DNA of 62,943 nt, counting the filler, from Stramenopiles sp. TOSAG23-3 (taxonomy: Eukaryota): assembly GCA_900128585.1 (NCBI GenBank). It is 27 parts of 27 records of this genome, joined end to end, with 100 filler letters (N's around TTAATTAATTAA, not from the genome) between each part and the next. Parts side by side here need not be neighbours in the genome. Positions count along the whole stretch, not along the records: positions 18,751 to 20,989 come from LT644955.1; positions 21,090 to 23,327 come from LT644956.1; positions 23,428 to 25,663 come from LT644957.1; positions 25,764 to 27,999 come from LT644958.1; positions 28,100 to 30,334 come from LT644959.1; positions 30,435 to 32,669 come from LT644960.1; 21 more parts are not named here. One strand, written 5' to 3'. Positions 19,191 to 30,714 of the stretch are shown piece after piece; the first letter of the stretch is position 1; each line of letters opens with the position of its first letter. The position numbers and the translations under genes are program-made. Below the pieces are notes generated by a model. It was not told where the DNA came from. It did not search any database and worked only from the letters and a program-made list of their open reading frames with translations.

Positions 19191-20741
19191 ATGGAGTCTC
19201 GAGATAACTTGTCGTACAACGTCACGTCCCCGGTGAAGTTGGTGGCCCAGCGCGCCAATGTGCCGGGAAAAATTAGGAAATCGCTCGATTTGGGCGGCGA
19301 GGGGCCTCCCCAGAAACGCATGAAACCATCCCCTTCCGTTTCGGGGCCGGTGAAGGAGAAAATATTCAACGATTCGATCCATGGGCACGTTTCGATCCAC
19401 CCCTTGTGCATTGCTTTGGTCGACACTCCGCAGTTTCAACGGCTTCGGGACTTGCTGCAAGTCGGGCCGACGTACTACGTGTTCCCGGGCGCGTCGCATC
19501 GCCGCTTTGCGCACTCCATCGGCGTGTCGTATTTGTCCGGGGTGTTCGTCGACAACCTCCGAAAAAATCAGCCTGGGATCGACATTTCTCCCTCCGACGA
19601 ACTGTGCGTCAAGATCGCGGGACTCTGTCACGACCTTGGGCACGGCCCATTTTCGCACACGTACGACGGGAAATTTGTGAAGATTCTGCGTGGGAAAGAC
19701 CCGGGGTTTTCGTGGGCGCACGAGCACGCGTCGGCGTCGTTGCTTGATCACCTTCTTGAGACAAACGACCTGATGCCAACGTTTGGGGCGTACGGGCTGG
19801 GGCCGGACGACGTTCACTTCATCAAGGAGTTGATCTTTGGGTCCCCCGCCGACGCGCCAAAGGGATGGGAGTGGAAGGGCCGAGGGGCGGGGAAGGACTT
19901 TCTGTACGAAATTGTGGCCAACCACAGAAACGGAATCGATGTTGACAAATTCGATTACTTCGCGAGGGACTGCAAGCACTTAGGAATCCCGACGTCGTTT
20001 GACGCCCACCGCCTGATGCGGTTCGCCAGGGTGCTGACCGGCCCCGACGGAAAGACGCAGATCGCCTACCACGAAAAGGAGGCGTGGAACATCTACGAGC
20101 TATTTCACACGCGGTACAACTTGCACAAACGAGCGTACCAGCACCGCGTGGCGCATGCCGTGGAGGCCATGCTGGTCGACGCCCTCGTGGCGGCAAACGA
20201 CGTAATTGCGTTGACCACGGGGGGCGGGGAGGTGGTCCGAATGAGTCACGCGATGGAGCACATGGACGTGTACACCGACTTTACCGATTCGATTTTCAAG
20301 CGAATAGAGTGGGAAGCAAAAACGAACCCAGCCCTGAGCGCGTCCAAGACCCTGCTGTCCCAAGTCAAACGGCGCGAACTATACTCGTTCGTGGGGGAAA
20401 CCTTGCTGGCCAGCGGGAAAAGTGGCGACCCCGACGATGTAATCATGGCCTCGCTGCTTTCAAAATGCTCGTCGGACGCAGAGAAGCAAGTCTTCCAGGG
20501 CGTCATGTTTGTGAACCGGGTCAGAATCAATTACGGGATGGGAAACCAGAACCCCGTCGACCACGTCTTGTTCTATTTGCGCGGGGACCACGACACCGGA
20601 GGTTACCTCTCGAAAGACCAAGTCAGCTGCTTCATCCCAGAATTTTTCCAAGAGTCTTATGTCCGCTTTTATGTAAAAAGTCGAGATCCTGCTCTCTGCA
20701 AACGGGCAAAGGAACTCTTCCGCGCATGGAGCAAGGATTAA
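19191..20741 (+). CDS. SAMHD1: SAMHD1-like dNTP triphosphohydrolase (HD domain, no SAM domain)
   Basis: KIFNDSIHGH, DTPQFQRLRDL, VFPGASHRRFAHSIGV, LCHDLGHGPFSH, HEHAS, NGIDVDKFDYFARD, LHKRAYQHR. Confidence 0.92.
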   Translation: MESRDNLSYNVTSPVKLVAQRANVPGKIRKSLDLGGEGPPQKRMKPSPSVSGPVKEKIFNDSIHGHVSIHPLCIALVDTPQFQRLRDLLQVGPTYYVFPGASHRRFAHSIGVSYLSGVFVDNLRKNQPGIDISPSDELCVKIAGLCHDLGHGPFSHTYDGKFVKILRGKDPGFSWAHEHASASLLDHLLETNDLMPTFGAYGLGPDDVHFIKELIFGSPADAPKGWEWKGRGAGKDFLYEIVANHRNGIDVDKFDYFARDCKHLGIPTSFDAHRLMRFARVLTGPDGKTQIAYHEKEAWNIYELFHTRYNLHKRAYQHRVAHAVEAMLVDALVAANDVIALTTGGGEVVRMSHAMEHMDVYTDFTDSIFKRIEWEAKTNPALSASKTLLSQVKRRELYSFVGETLLASGKSGDPDDVIMASLLSKCSSDAEKQVFQGVMFVNRVRINYGMGNQNPVDHVLFYLRGDHDTGGYLSKDQVSCFIPEFFQESYVRFYVKSRDPALCKRAKELFRAWSKD

Positions 20742-21225
20742 AAGCAAATTTAAAATAATTTATTATTATTATTATTATTATAAGAAGAGAAATAAACTTT
20801 TTTTATTCATTTTTTAGATAAAAAAATATTATCTAGAAATAAACACAGCCCTTGTTGAAGGTAAATGAAGGTTGAGGTCCTTTTTTCCACATTGATTTTA
20901 TTGCTATTCTATGCTCTGTCTATATTAAATATTTAGATTTATGATTCTAATCAATAATAACCCACCACCTCCACATTTTTTTTATTCTANNNNNNNNNNN
21001 NNNNNNNNNNNNNNNNNNNNNNNNNNNNNNNNNTTAATTAATTAANNNNNNNNNNNNNNNNNNNNNNNNNNNNNNNNNNNNNNNNNNNNAAGGTGTAAGA
21101 AATTTAAATTGTAAATTTGCGAAATAATTTCAGTCTATTTTAACAAATGCCAGAAAGGGCACATACTTCTTCTTTTCTGGAAACTGAAAAATGTGATGAT
21201 TCAATTCGCGCGGTTTCTATATTTG

Positions 21226-23327
21226 TTACTTCTTCTTTTTCTTCGGACTCTTAGATTTGCCTTTCTTTTTTGGCTTCTTTCCAGACACTTTCTTTTTGCC
21301 TGCTGTTGGAAGGACTTTCGGGACGACCTTCAATGTTTTGACCAGCCTGATGGATGGATACGCAGCCCTGGCACTTTCCACGGCTTCGTTTGAAAGTTTC
21401 GGGCAATTGTTTACACTGAGGCGTTTTAGGCTTCTCTTTTTTCCTTCTGCCAAGATTGCCGAAAGGTCTTTCTCACTCAACTTCAAGCATCCGTCCAAAT
21501 CCAGGTTTTCCACGCCGGGGCATTTCTGAAGAAACGCCTGGAAGTTGATGGATTTCGTCCCCGCAAAGGAAACTGCGCGGAGGCTCTCGCTGCACCACGT
21601 CGTCAGCTGCTTAACGGCCTTCTCTGCCAATTGCGTGCAGCCGCTAAGGTCCAGTGACCTAAGGCTCTCACAAGCTCGAGCCACCGATCCCATCCCTTCC
21701 GAAGTCAAACACTGCTGGTTGCACGTTACAAATTTTATAATTTCGATGTCGGGGCAAAGGGCTGTAATCCATGCCACGCCGGAATCGTCGATCTTGTAGC
21801 AGCCCGACAAATCCAACGTCTTCAAGGCAGCCCGAGGCAACGGAGCATGTTTTCGCGTCCCTTCCGCTAAATCGGCCAACGCGTCGGCAGCCTCTTGCCT
21901 TACCGATTCAATGCCCTGAACCAGCTCTTTCATTTTCTCCTGAACGCGATTCAGATTCTTTTCCGCGATTTGCAATTTTCGGTCGAGAGTTTTTAAATCT
22001 TTTTTCTGCTTTGCATTCAGCTCTCCCTCTGGATTTTCCTTTTTGGCCTTCTGCTTCAACTCGTTTATTTCCATGAAAAACATGCTGGACTTGTGCTGAT
22101 AGGTTGCCACTTGGTCTTGTATATCTTGTCGGTCAATTTCAAACTGCTCCTCGGCCTTTGCAAGGCCGGCGGTTTGTTGCAGTTGATCTTCTGTCACCGT
22201 CCATTCACCGGTGAGGACCCACTTGTTGTACTCGTGCCAGCCACTACCCAAGGGGCCTTCATTACTTTCCGTAAGGCTCGGGGCAGACCAAGCCAGCAGT
22301 TGATGGGGTCCCAGGGAGGTGCAGTAGCTAAGGTCCAATTCTGTCAAATGCTTGTTTGATCGCGAGATCACATTAAGCAGCCCTTTGCCAAGGTCTTTGT
22401 AACTGTTTTTCTTCGTTTCAAAGTCACTGACAAAATGCCCCAGAGTTTTGACTTCGGTATTTCTATCGGACATTTCTGTCGCACGCTCGTAGCAGACTTG
22501 TAAAATAGAATGGTACTCTTCCTTGCCCACAACATTCAACAGTGCTTGAACAAATCGACGAAAGTTTTCTTTCTCTCTTGTGTTCACCCCTTCCTTCATA
22601 AACGAGCGCATGATATCCTTCTGCGCGTCGCCGTCCAACTCCCACTCGCTCCCTTTAAAGATGGAGAAGAGCGGGTCAAGCTCTACGTCCCCGTCTTCAT
22701 CCGTAGTTATGCTAGCAATCAGCTTGCCAAACACCGACATTTTTTTTGACCTTTTTTTCTGTTTGGACGATACGAACGCTAGCGAACCCCGGATTATCCG
22801 TTCAATTCCTTCATTCTCTTCGCTGGCGTTCATCGGATAGCGAAGGATAGAGTTGTACACCAGATAGGTCGCTTTGACGGCAGGCACTACGTTTATCATT
22901 GCTTCCAAACTGTTTTTGGCCGCCTCAATAATCTGCTGCCAGGCAACAGCCGCAGATGGCGACCCAAATCCCCGTTCTTTGTCAAAAAGCTGAGCACAGC
23001 CGTGAAGTTTTAGCTGGCGCAAGAAAATCCACCTGTCTACACATCGCAGAAGCCCATTTGAAGAGATGCCGCTGCACCCGCTCAGGTCCACGCTCGCTAT
23101 TCGCGGGCAACCCTCCCCCAGGGCGATTAAGGCCGCGTCGTTCATTTGCCGTAGGTTTCGAAAGTTAACGGTCTTTAAATTGGGGCAGTTCATTCCTACC
23201 TTCGGCAATGTTGCGCTTTTGAGCCACCGCAGGTCTGACAAATCCAGGTTTCGTATTTCCGGCGTCAGTTCCGACAGTATGGAATTGTTGTCTTTGAAGG
23301 AGACTCGGGTGGAAAAAAGGGTGCCCT
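21226..23327 (-). CDS. Cys-containing leucine-rich-repeat (FBXL/AMN1-type) protein, 5'-truncated
   Basis: Repeated LxxLDLSGCxxI motifs at both ends, a central coiled coil and a Lys-rich tail. The frame is open to the contig end. Confidence 0.8.
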
Positions 23328-24369
23328 NNNNNNNNNNNNNNNNNNNNNNNNNNNNNNNNNNNNNNNNNNNNTTAATTAATTAANNNNNNNNNNNNNNNNN
23401 NNNNNNNNNNNNNNNNNNNNNNNNNNNCAAAGAATTCTTTACTTCTAAAATCATTCAAATATATGTGGTTGAACAATGTGATGCTAACAAACTCCAAATG
23501 GTGATGAACATCTCGATAAAAAATAAAAAAGTATTATTATATTTTTATTTGTTTTCTTCCTCCTCCTCCTCCTCCTTTTTAATTTTTTTAATAATAATAA
23601 ATATATTCGTATAGCGACTATACGGTATTGTAACAACAATTTTATAATTTTTATTTTTAAATAATTATTTTTTAATCCGTTGAATGAAGATATTAATATA
23701 CGGTTACATATTTCAATGCTATACTATGTAATATATAAATAATAAAAGAATAGAAATAAAGTAGATAAGATATTCGTAAAAACTATACGTAGAATGCTAC
23801 GTAGGAGGGATGGGATGGAGAGAGACGAACTAAGCCATCATTAAGGTTTGTGTCTTTAGTGGATGAAGTGTTTGTGTTTGATAGGGATTTAGATTTGACC
23901 CTTTAAGAATAAATACATTTGGTGATTTCATATACTATGTATATGTATAATTAAAATCCAGTTGAATAAAAAAAACAAAGTTTTTATTGCCAAGACAGAC
24001 ACGCATCCTTACTCGAGAAGGAAGATATCCTTAATATTCGATTTCACCTGCGTCGTCTTCTTGTTGTTGTTGTCGTCTGTTCGTCGTCTGTTGTAAATAT
24101 AATAATAAAGAAGAAATAATAATAGTAGAAAAGAGAAAAAAATAATTACTATTTCTGTTGATTGACAAAACTGTGGTGTATGTACAGAATACACTTCCCT
24201 TCCTTCATATCGTTTCATTTGTAAGAGGAGTATATGGTGTTTATAGGAACAATAGATCACGCATAGAATTAAAACATTTAATACAAGTGAATTTGAACAA
24301 AATAACAGGGACAAAAAGCACAGAACAATAGAACAGCAATTGTTTGCACGCTTATTCTTTGTTGGGCAA

Positions 24370-25663
24370 TCAAGACATCATCATGAACATAGATAGAATA
24401 AAGACCCCGGGAAAGAGGCCTGTCATTTTGACACGCGCCGGGAGAAAGAGAAAACTTACAAAGAAAACAGTAGAACGAAAGACCGCGATGACCCTGAAGC
24501 ACAAACTGACTCTCCTCTTTCCAATCCCGTTCTCCGACGCAACCAGCAAGTCTTGCAGCGCCATCGACTGCTCAGGTGTTCTCGTCAATCCATTTGTCCT
24601 GAGCTCTTCATTAATAATGTTTAGCAACGATGACCGTGTCATCATGTCTGTTGTGTGCTCTGCAGCCCTCTGCAAAACCTTTGGCTTAAATATATGCATC
24701 ATTCGGCTCGGGCTGCCGTCCTGAGGGCCTTTCGGGGACTGAAACCGATCGGGGGATGTGTCTGTAGCGCCATTGCCCGAAAACATATCCGAATCCCTCG
24801 AGCTGTTTACATTCACCGGGCTTGCTCTCCTCTCCCGTTCTGCCGCTTCTTGGTGCAGGGCATCCTGTATTTCGCGCATCACCAGTTCCATGTTGACATC
24901 GTCCAACGTCATCATGGCATCCATCGATTTCACATGGTTATCCACCGATCGAAGAAAGAATGCAACGCGGTTGTTGCACCTGGACTCCTTCATAAACTGT
25001 CGCAGTTTGTTTTGGCTGTCCGTCAGTCTCCCCAACATGTACTCTATAAATTCCCCCTGGCTCAGGAATAGATCGCCGCTCTTGTCGACCGACCGCATGA
25101 ACTCCAGCACGTTCTCTTCGGAGGGTTTTTTCCGGTCGTTCTGGGCAATGTCACACATCATACTGTAGACTTCATCCGTTCCCAAGACATCTTTGACCCA
25201 TTCGCTCCTCTCCGCAACGTATTTTGGCTGGGAGTAGTCCGTGAACAGTTGGTACAAAAATGCCGCCCGGCGATCCAACCGCTTCCTCACGTTTTTGACG
25301 AATTGGAACACTTTCATTACGATGAGGCGGTTTTCATGCCCACCTCCCACCAAATCGGTCAATTTATTTACATTCATTCGAAAGAACATGGTCATTTTCT
25401 TTTTAAACTGACAAGAATCTAATATCGCATCCCCCGTGTCATCGATGGCGGTAATGAACGTCTCGGCCTCTTCCTCCGACACTGGCTGATAAATTTCAGT
25501 CCCATCTTCGTACTCTAATGACATTTGACGGAACTCAGTTGCGCCAATATAATTGTGGCCGTCAACGTCAAAATCAGAAAATACTTTTTCGAACGCTTTT
25601 TCCAAGAATGTTTTATAGTTTATGACCTTCTTTACGTGCCGGAGTACCGAATCGTTCCTTTCT
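24370..25663 (-). CDS. Multi-EF-hand protein, 5'-truncated
   Basis: Loops DVDGHNYIGATE, DDTGDAILDSCQ and DKSGDLFLSQGE. The frame is open to the contig end; the exact C-terminus is uncertain. Confidence 0.75.
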
Positions 25664-25928
25664 NNNNNNNNNNNNNNNNNNNNNNNNNNNNNNNNNNNNN
25701 NNNNNNNTTAATTAATTAANNNNNNNNNNNNNNNNNNNNNNNNNNNNNNNNNNNNNNNNNNNNAGAGCCATAGCATTAACGCAGATATAGATGCTATTTC
25801 ACACCCACAGCGGACCCTCCGCCACGCATTTACACCCCATCACCCGCATCGTCACCGTTTGACCCCAATGGTCGGACGCAATCACCGTCATCAGATGTCT
25901 ATCGTTTCTGCATCTATTTGGAGCCAGA

Positions 25929-26178
25929 ATCAAGAGGAAGATAGAAGTAGAAGAACGAACGCGTGGTTTGGTAAGATCGGGGATGTAGTTGTCTTAGTAG
26001 AATCTTTATGCACTCTTTAAATCTAGAGGAAGATAGAAGTTTAAAAACGAACGCATGTTTTGGTGACATCGGAGATGTAGTTATCTTACTAGAATCTTTT
26101 TGCACTCTTTAAATCAAGAGGAAGATAGAAGTTTAAAAATGAACGCATATTTTGGTAACATCGGAGATGTAGTTATCT
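25929..26178 (+). repeat. 92-bp tandem repeat, about 2.7 diverged copies
   Basis: ATC(A/T)AGAGGAAGATAGAAGT... starts at 25929, 26021 and 26113. Confidence 0.9.
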
Positions 26179-26182
26179 TGAG

Positions 26183-26635
26183 GTCGAGGGTCAGCCGTAT
26201 GCTTGGCGGCAAGGCGCACGCCGTAAAAGAGCAGCTCGATAGTTCATCGCTGAGTTGGAAGAGGACATTGCCATTTGGATTCAAAGGAAATCGCTGCTGC
26301 AGAGTAGCAAGGACAAGGACCGAAGGGCTCTTTTGTCTCAAAAAATCGATGGCGCCAAAAAGGAAATCGAAGGTCACAACAAAAAACTGGCAAAGTTGCA
26401 AGAAGAAGAATCTTTGCGGCGTTCCGTGCGGCTTCAAAAGACGCCCCGTTCCACGTCGAAATCGCCCCATACCGTTCCCCTGAGCGACGAGAGTGGCAGA
26501 GCATCCAAGCGTCAACGCACCCTCTCCACGGCCATCGATTCGGAAGGAAGCACCGGTGTTGTTTCATCGGCGGCTGCTCCAGGCGAATCTGCTCCAGCCG
26601 AAATTGCCTCCGCCGTTCAAACCACTCAATTTTGA
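26183..26635 (+). pseudogene. Coiled-coil protein remnant
   Basis: No ATG, and an in-frame TAG at 26240-26242 precedes FIAELEEDIAIWIQRK... (ORF 26255..26635). Confidence 0.4.
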
Positions 26636-27355
26636 AGGTTAACAAGAGTTGAAACAAAAAAATTGGGGTAAAAAAGGGCCGAAAACAAAAAAATTGGGGT
26701 AAAAAAGGGTCGAAAAAAAATAAATTGGGTGGAAAAACACCCGAATATTTTTAAATTGAGCGAAAAAATAGCGGAAAATTGAGTGAAAAATTGAGTGAAA
26801 ATTGATTGTTTTTTGAATAATCAATAAATATTTTGATTGAACTGTCCCATTCTGGATAACTGTCCCATTCGGCTGTTTCTTTTGTGTGTTTTTTCTTAAC
26901 ATACATTTAGTATATTTTATTACCATTTATCATCTTAATAAATTATATAAGTTAAATAAGTAAAATATAGTTTGTTGAAAAGTGGGATGGTTGGGATAGT
27001 GGGATAGTTTTTTGAGTTTGTTACAAAATGGTAAAAAAAATATTGGTCTGTTAAAAAAAAAATGCAGTGTTTTAAAATGGAATGAAAATAACCGTCCAAC
27101 TGTCCCACTGTCCCATTTTTTGTGCTAAATCAACAAAACATCGTTCGTTCATTCATAAAATCACCGGAGTTGAATCACTCACAAAATCGCGGGTAATACT
27201 AATAATCATTATCACTCACAAAATCGTGGGTAATGGTCGTGAAAAAAAAAAAGCATAAGGAAAAGGTTAAAGAGCATTAAGCAAATATTACTACAAAAAA
27301 ATTCTAGTAATATTAAAATAATAATGGGAGTCGAGTAGGGCGATTAGTGGGTGAT

Positions 27356-27603
27356 TCGTAGTATAGCACGAATTATTACAGGAAAAAAATCGTAGTATAG
27401 CACGAATTATTACAGGAAAAAAATCGTAGTAAAGCACGAATTATTATCGGAAAAAAATCGTGCGAATTATCTTTGAGATAAAATCGTAGAAGAGCACGAA
27501 TTATTATAGGAAAAAAATCGTAGAAGAGCACGAATTATTAGCTCCTGAAATTCGTAGTAGAGCACGAATTATTAGCTCCTGAAATTCGTAGTAGAGCACG
27601 AAT
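27356..27603 (+). repeat. 34-bp tandem array (about 8 units), each with a TCGT-N8-ACGA inverted repeat
   Basis: TCGTAGTATAGCACGAATTATTACAGGAAAAAAA and variants, including one shortened unit at 27458-27483. Confidence 0.9.
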
Positions 27604-27650
27604 GCTGAAATTCGCTGTAGACTACAAAATCGAATAGGCTGCCATTCAGT

Positions 27651-27890
27651 ATTATTGGCACTTTCTGTAATATGACGAAGTAGGATTTTTAAACTAGAAT
27701 TAGTAAAATAATAATAATAAAAGAACAGAAAATAATAGAATCTATACTAGACTATTGTAAAATTAATAGTATTATCAAAGAATTATTGGCACTTTCTGTA
27801 ATATGACGAAGTAGGATTTTTAAATTAGAATTAGTAAAATAATAATATAATAAAAGAACAGAAAATAATAAAATCCATAATATTGTAATA
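27651..27890 (+). repeat. About 131-bp tandem duplication
   Basis: ATTATTGGCACTTTCTGTAATATGACGAAGTAGG... at 27651 and 27782. Confidence 0.85.
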
Positions 27891-28099
27891 TAATAACTAC
27901 CGGGAATTATTGGTCTTGTAAAATAGAATTAGTAAATGAAATCATTAAGAAAAAGACTAATGCTACTATAGGGAATTCTATAGTAAAGAAAACTATCCTN
28001 NNNNNNNNNNNNNNNNNNNNNNNNNNNNNNNNNNNNNNNNNNNTTAATTAATTAANNNNNNNNNNNNNNNNNNNNNNNNNNNNNNNNNNNNNNNNNNNN

Positions 28100-28203
28100 C
28101 TTCTTCTTGCTTCATTTTTTTCTTCCTATTTTCTATTTTCTATGCTGTGTATACCTAATACTTTCCTCCAATTTTATTTTCAAACTTACTTTTCTCGGTA
28201 CAG
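28100..28203 (+). other. 3' part of a probable spliceosomal intron
   Basis: Long pyrimidine-rich stretch, a CTAAT branch-like motif near 28155 and a CAG at 28201-28203, where composition shifts to coding-like. Confidence 0.6.
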
Positions 28204-29633
28204 GGACATTCACCCCCGCTGCCCGTACGGAAAACTGGTGTATGCTCTCTGTCTGTTTATGGTTTTTGAACAGAACGAAAGGGCCTTGGAATTGACTAAA
28301 GAAGCGGCTGCAACTTATGAATCTCGGTACCCTTGGGTCGAAGTCAACGTCCCGGTAGACACCAGCGAAGAAGAATGCGATTGGTCAAAAGAGTTGGACG
28401 AGGCATCTGGCAGCGAGTACTATTTGAATAATGTGACCGGCGAGACGTCGTGGACCGCACCGCAAACGTCGTACTGGTGGAACACAAAAACCGACATCAC
28501 CACGCAAGTGGGCGAGCCGAAACCAGCGAACAAAATGCTTTGGAATGCTACTGAGCAGTCAAAAGTGATTGCAAGGGTCGTCAAGAAAAATAATTCGGCA
28601 GCAACGACGATACAAACGTTTTGGAGGGGCTCAGTAGGACGGCGGGAAGGAGCGGCGTACTTTTTGCAGATGCTTGCAAAGCAAAAAATAGCGGTCGACA
28701 AAGTCATGCGGTACAAGGCCCAACAGGACGAAATACTTCAGCGCGAGCTGGCTTTGAAAAAGCTGCAAAAGAAATGGACTAAGTACAACGAAAAACTCAA
28801 AAAAAAAACGAGAAGCCCCTGTGTCGTTCTTCAGATTTAAGCGAATAATGTCGTGCGCCAAAGCAGGCATTGAGTACTACTCCGATGACTACGATTCGAG
28901 CGACGAAGAAGACTCGCAAGAGACCGCCTCCGTTGCTTCGGAACAAAAGGTTGTAGTGGACAACGAAGCCGCCGAACAATACATGTTTTATCAACACTTT
29001 TTCAACCACGACTATGCAAGGTCAAAGGCGGACTACGCTGGATTTCGAGCGCTACTTCCGGAAAACAAAAAGTTGCAGGTGGGCGCCCTCCTGCTGCCCC
29101 TGTTCAGTGCCGAATCCGAAGATGCTTGCCTTGTCGCGTTGAAGGAATTTTCCAGTTTGGACACGTCCATTTTCGAGCAGGAAACGCTTCAAGTTATCGA
29201 CAGAAATGTCCTTCAGCTCGCGCTCCGCCAGCATCGTCATAAAAAAGATATAGTCTTGGAGGGCATGTCTTTGTTCTCCTGCGCCCTGTGGCACCAGCTG
29301 CTTTTGAAAGAATACTTCAAAGCGCACGAATTCTACAAGCGGGCGTTGGCGATTTTACCAAACCACACAGCAATAACCTCCAACTACGCCATTTTCATCG
29401 ACCAAGGCCATGGCAAGTGCATGTCCCCAATTCTGCGAGAGCGCAAGGAGAAAATGCAAAGAATGCGCGACAAAATCATATGGCGAAGGAACAAGTTACA
29501 GGCTCAAAAACGAGAGGAAAGTCTGTTAATTTGCCGGTCCATCGTCAAGCACCTCGTGAAGCGGGTTCAGAAGCAAGTGAAGAAGCGTGCCAAAGTGCGA
29601 AAGCAAATGGAACGCATTAGCGGCGGGGATTAA
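28204..29633 (+). CDS. WW + IQ + TPR-like protein, 5'-truncated, frameshifted at an A10 run (28799-28808)
   Basis: WW (WSKELDEASGSEYYLNNVTGETSWTAP), IQ (IQTFWRGSVGRR) and TPR-like (AHEFYKRALAILPNH). ORFs 28142..28840 and 28821..29633 join across the homopolymer. Confidence 0.7.
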
Positions 29634-29958
29634 TTTGGTCGTCTACGATATATGTATTATACTTATTTTGATAGGTGATTTCAATATTTACAATACAACT
29701 TACTACAGGATGAATGACGACGCCATCGGCCATCGTCGCACGAAATGATGAAGAAGATACACCACGTATTTCATTCCATGCATCAATCTCAATGCTCCAC
29801 AACTCCCATTTCGACAAGAGTACTGCCACAAAGCGTATCTTTATACCAAATCCACTATGATTTCTATAACGGGAACACCGTGAAAGTCCATTTTTCGAAC
29901 GAACTCAACGTTTGTTTCTCCACCTTGTTGCTTTTGTCTTGTAATCGTTCTTGCTGCC

Positions 29959-30334
29959 ATGACGGAGATCGTAGAAAACGAAAAGGAGGTCGCCCCCAGC
30001 GAACTGACCGCGGCGGTCGGTGTCTTGGGCGGGCGTTTGGTAGACAGTGATGGGGTCAACAATGGGCTGATCAGGTGCCCTCGGTGCACTTCGCGAATTC
30101 TTACAAAGGCTGGAACTCTGGTGAAGCGAGAGGGAAAAGACCAGATTTTCTTTTTGCCTACTAGGCCAGATGGCGGAGACGATAACAATGACGACTTTGT
30201 GTACAAAGAGCAGGTGCACGAGTATTGGTGGCGGGTGGCGGACACGGACATGTTTGATAACTTGGGGCTTTCGCGCGTCGTTGATACGCCCGGGGGGCGA
30301 ATGAAATTTATCATTTGCTCCGATTGCGGGATGG
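29959..30334 (+). CDS. RABIF: Rab GEF/chaperone MSS4 homolog, 3'-truncated
   Basis: IRCPRCTSRIL...WWRVADTDMFDNLGLSR...KFIICSDCGM matches the Mss4 CxxC, F[ED]N.G and CxDC motifs. Confidence 0.88.
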
Positions 30335-30714
30335 NNNNNNNNNNNNNNNNNNNNNNNNNNNNNNNNNNNNNNNNNNNNTTAATTAATTAANNNNNNNNNN
30401 NNNNNNNNNNNNNNNNNNNNNNNNNNNNNNNNNNGAGTTAAGTTGAACCACGTGACCACCTGACCACCTCACACATGATATTTAACTCGTTGTATAACGA
30501 CGTATGAGAATACTATCATACCTGGGTTTCAAATAAATAATTTTAATATCATATAAAAAAACAATAAAATATTCAATTTATACGTATGCACTGACACTTT
30601 CCATCTGAAAATTTGTTGTTTGACTGAAACTTTTTTATTACATCCATCCCTCATCATCCAATTACTTACACCGAGGAGATACCTTGGGGGGTCGAACTGC
30701 CAACGCGGCATGCT

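Noticed and set aside
27356-27603. CRISPR array or loxP sites
   Set aside because: The units are contiguous with no unique spacers and no cas genes. The similarity to loxP is limited to TTCGTA/ACGAA and the 34-bp length.
28799-28808. Programmed frameshift in the WW/IQ gene
   Set aside because: An A10 homopolymer indel from sequencing or assembly is the simpler explanation.
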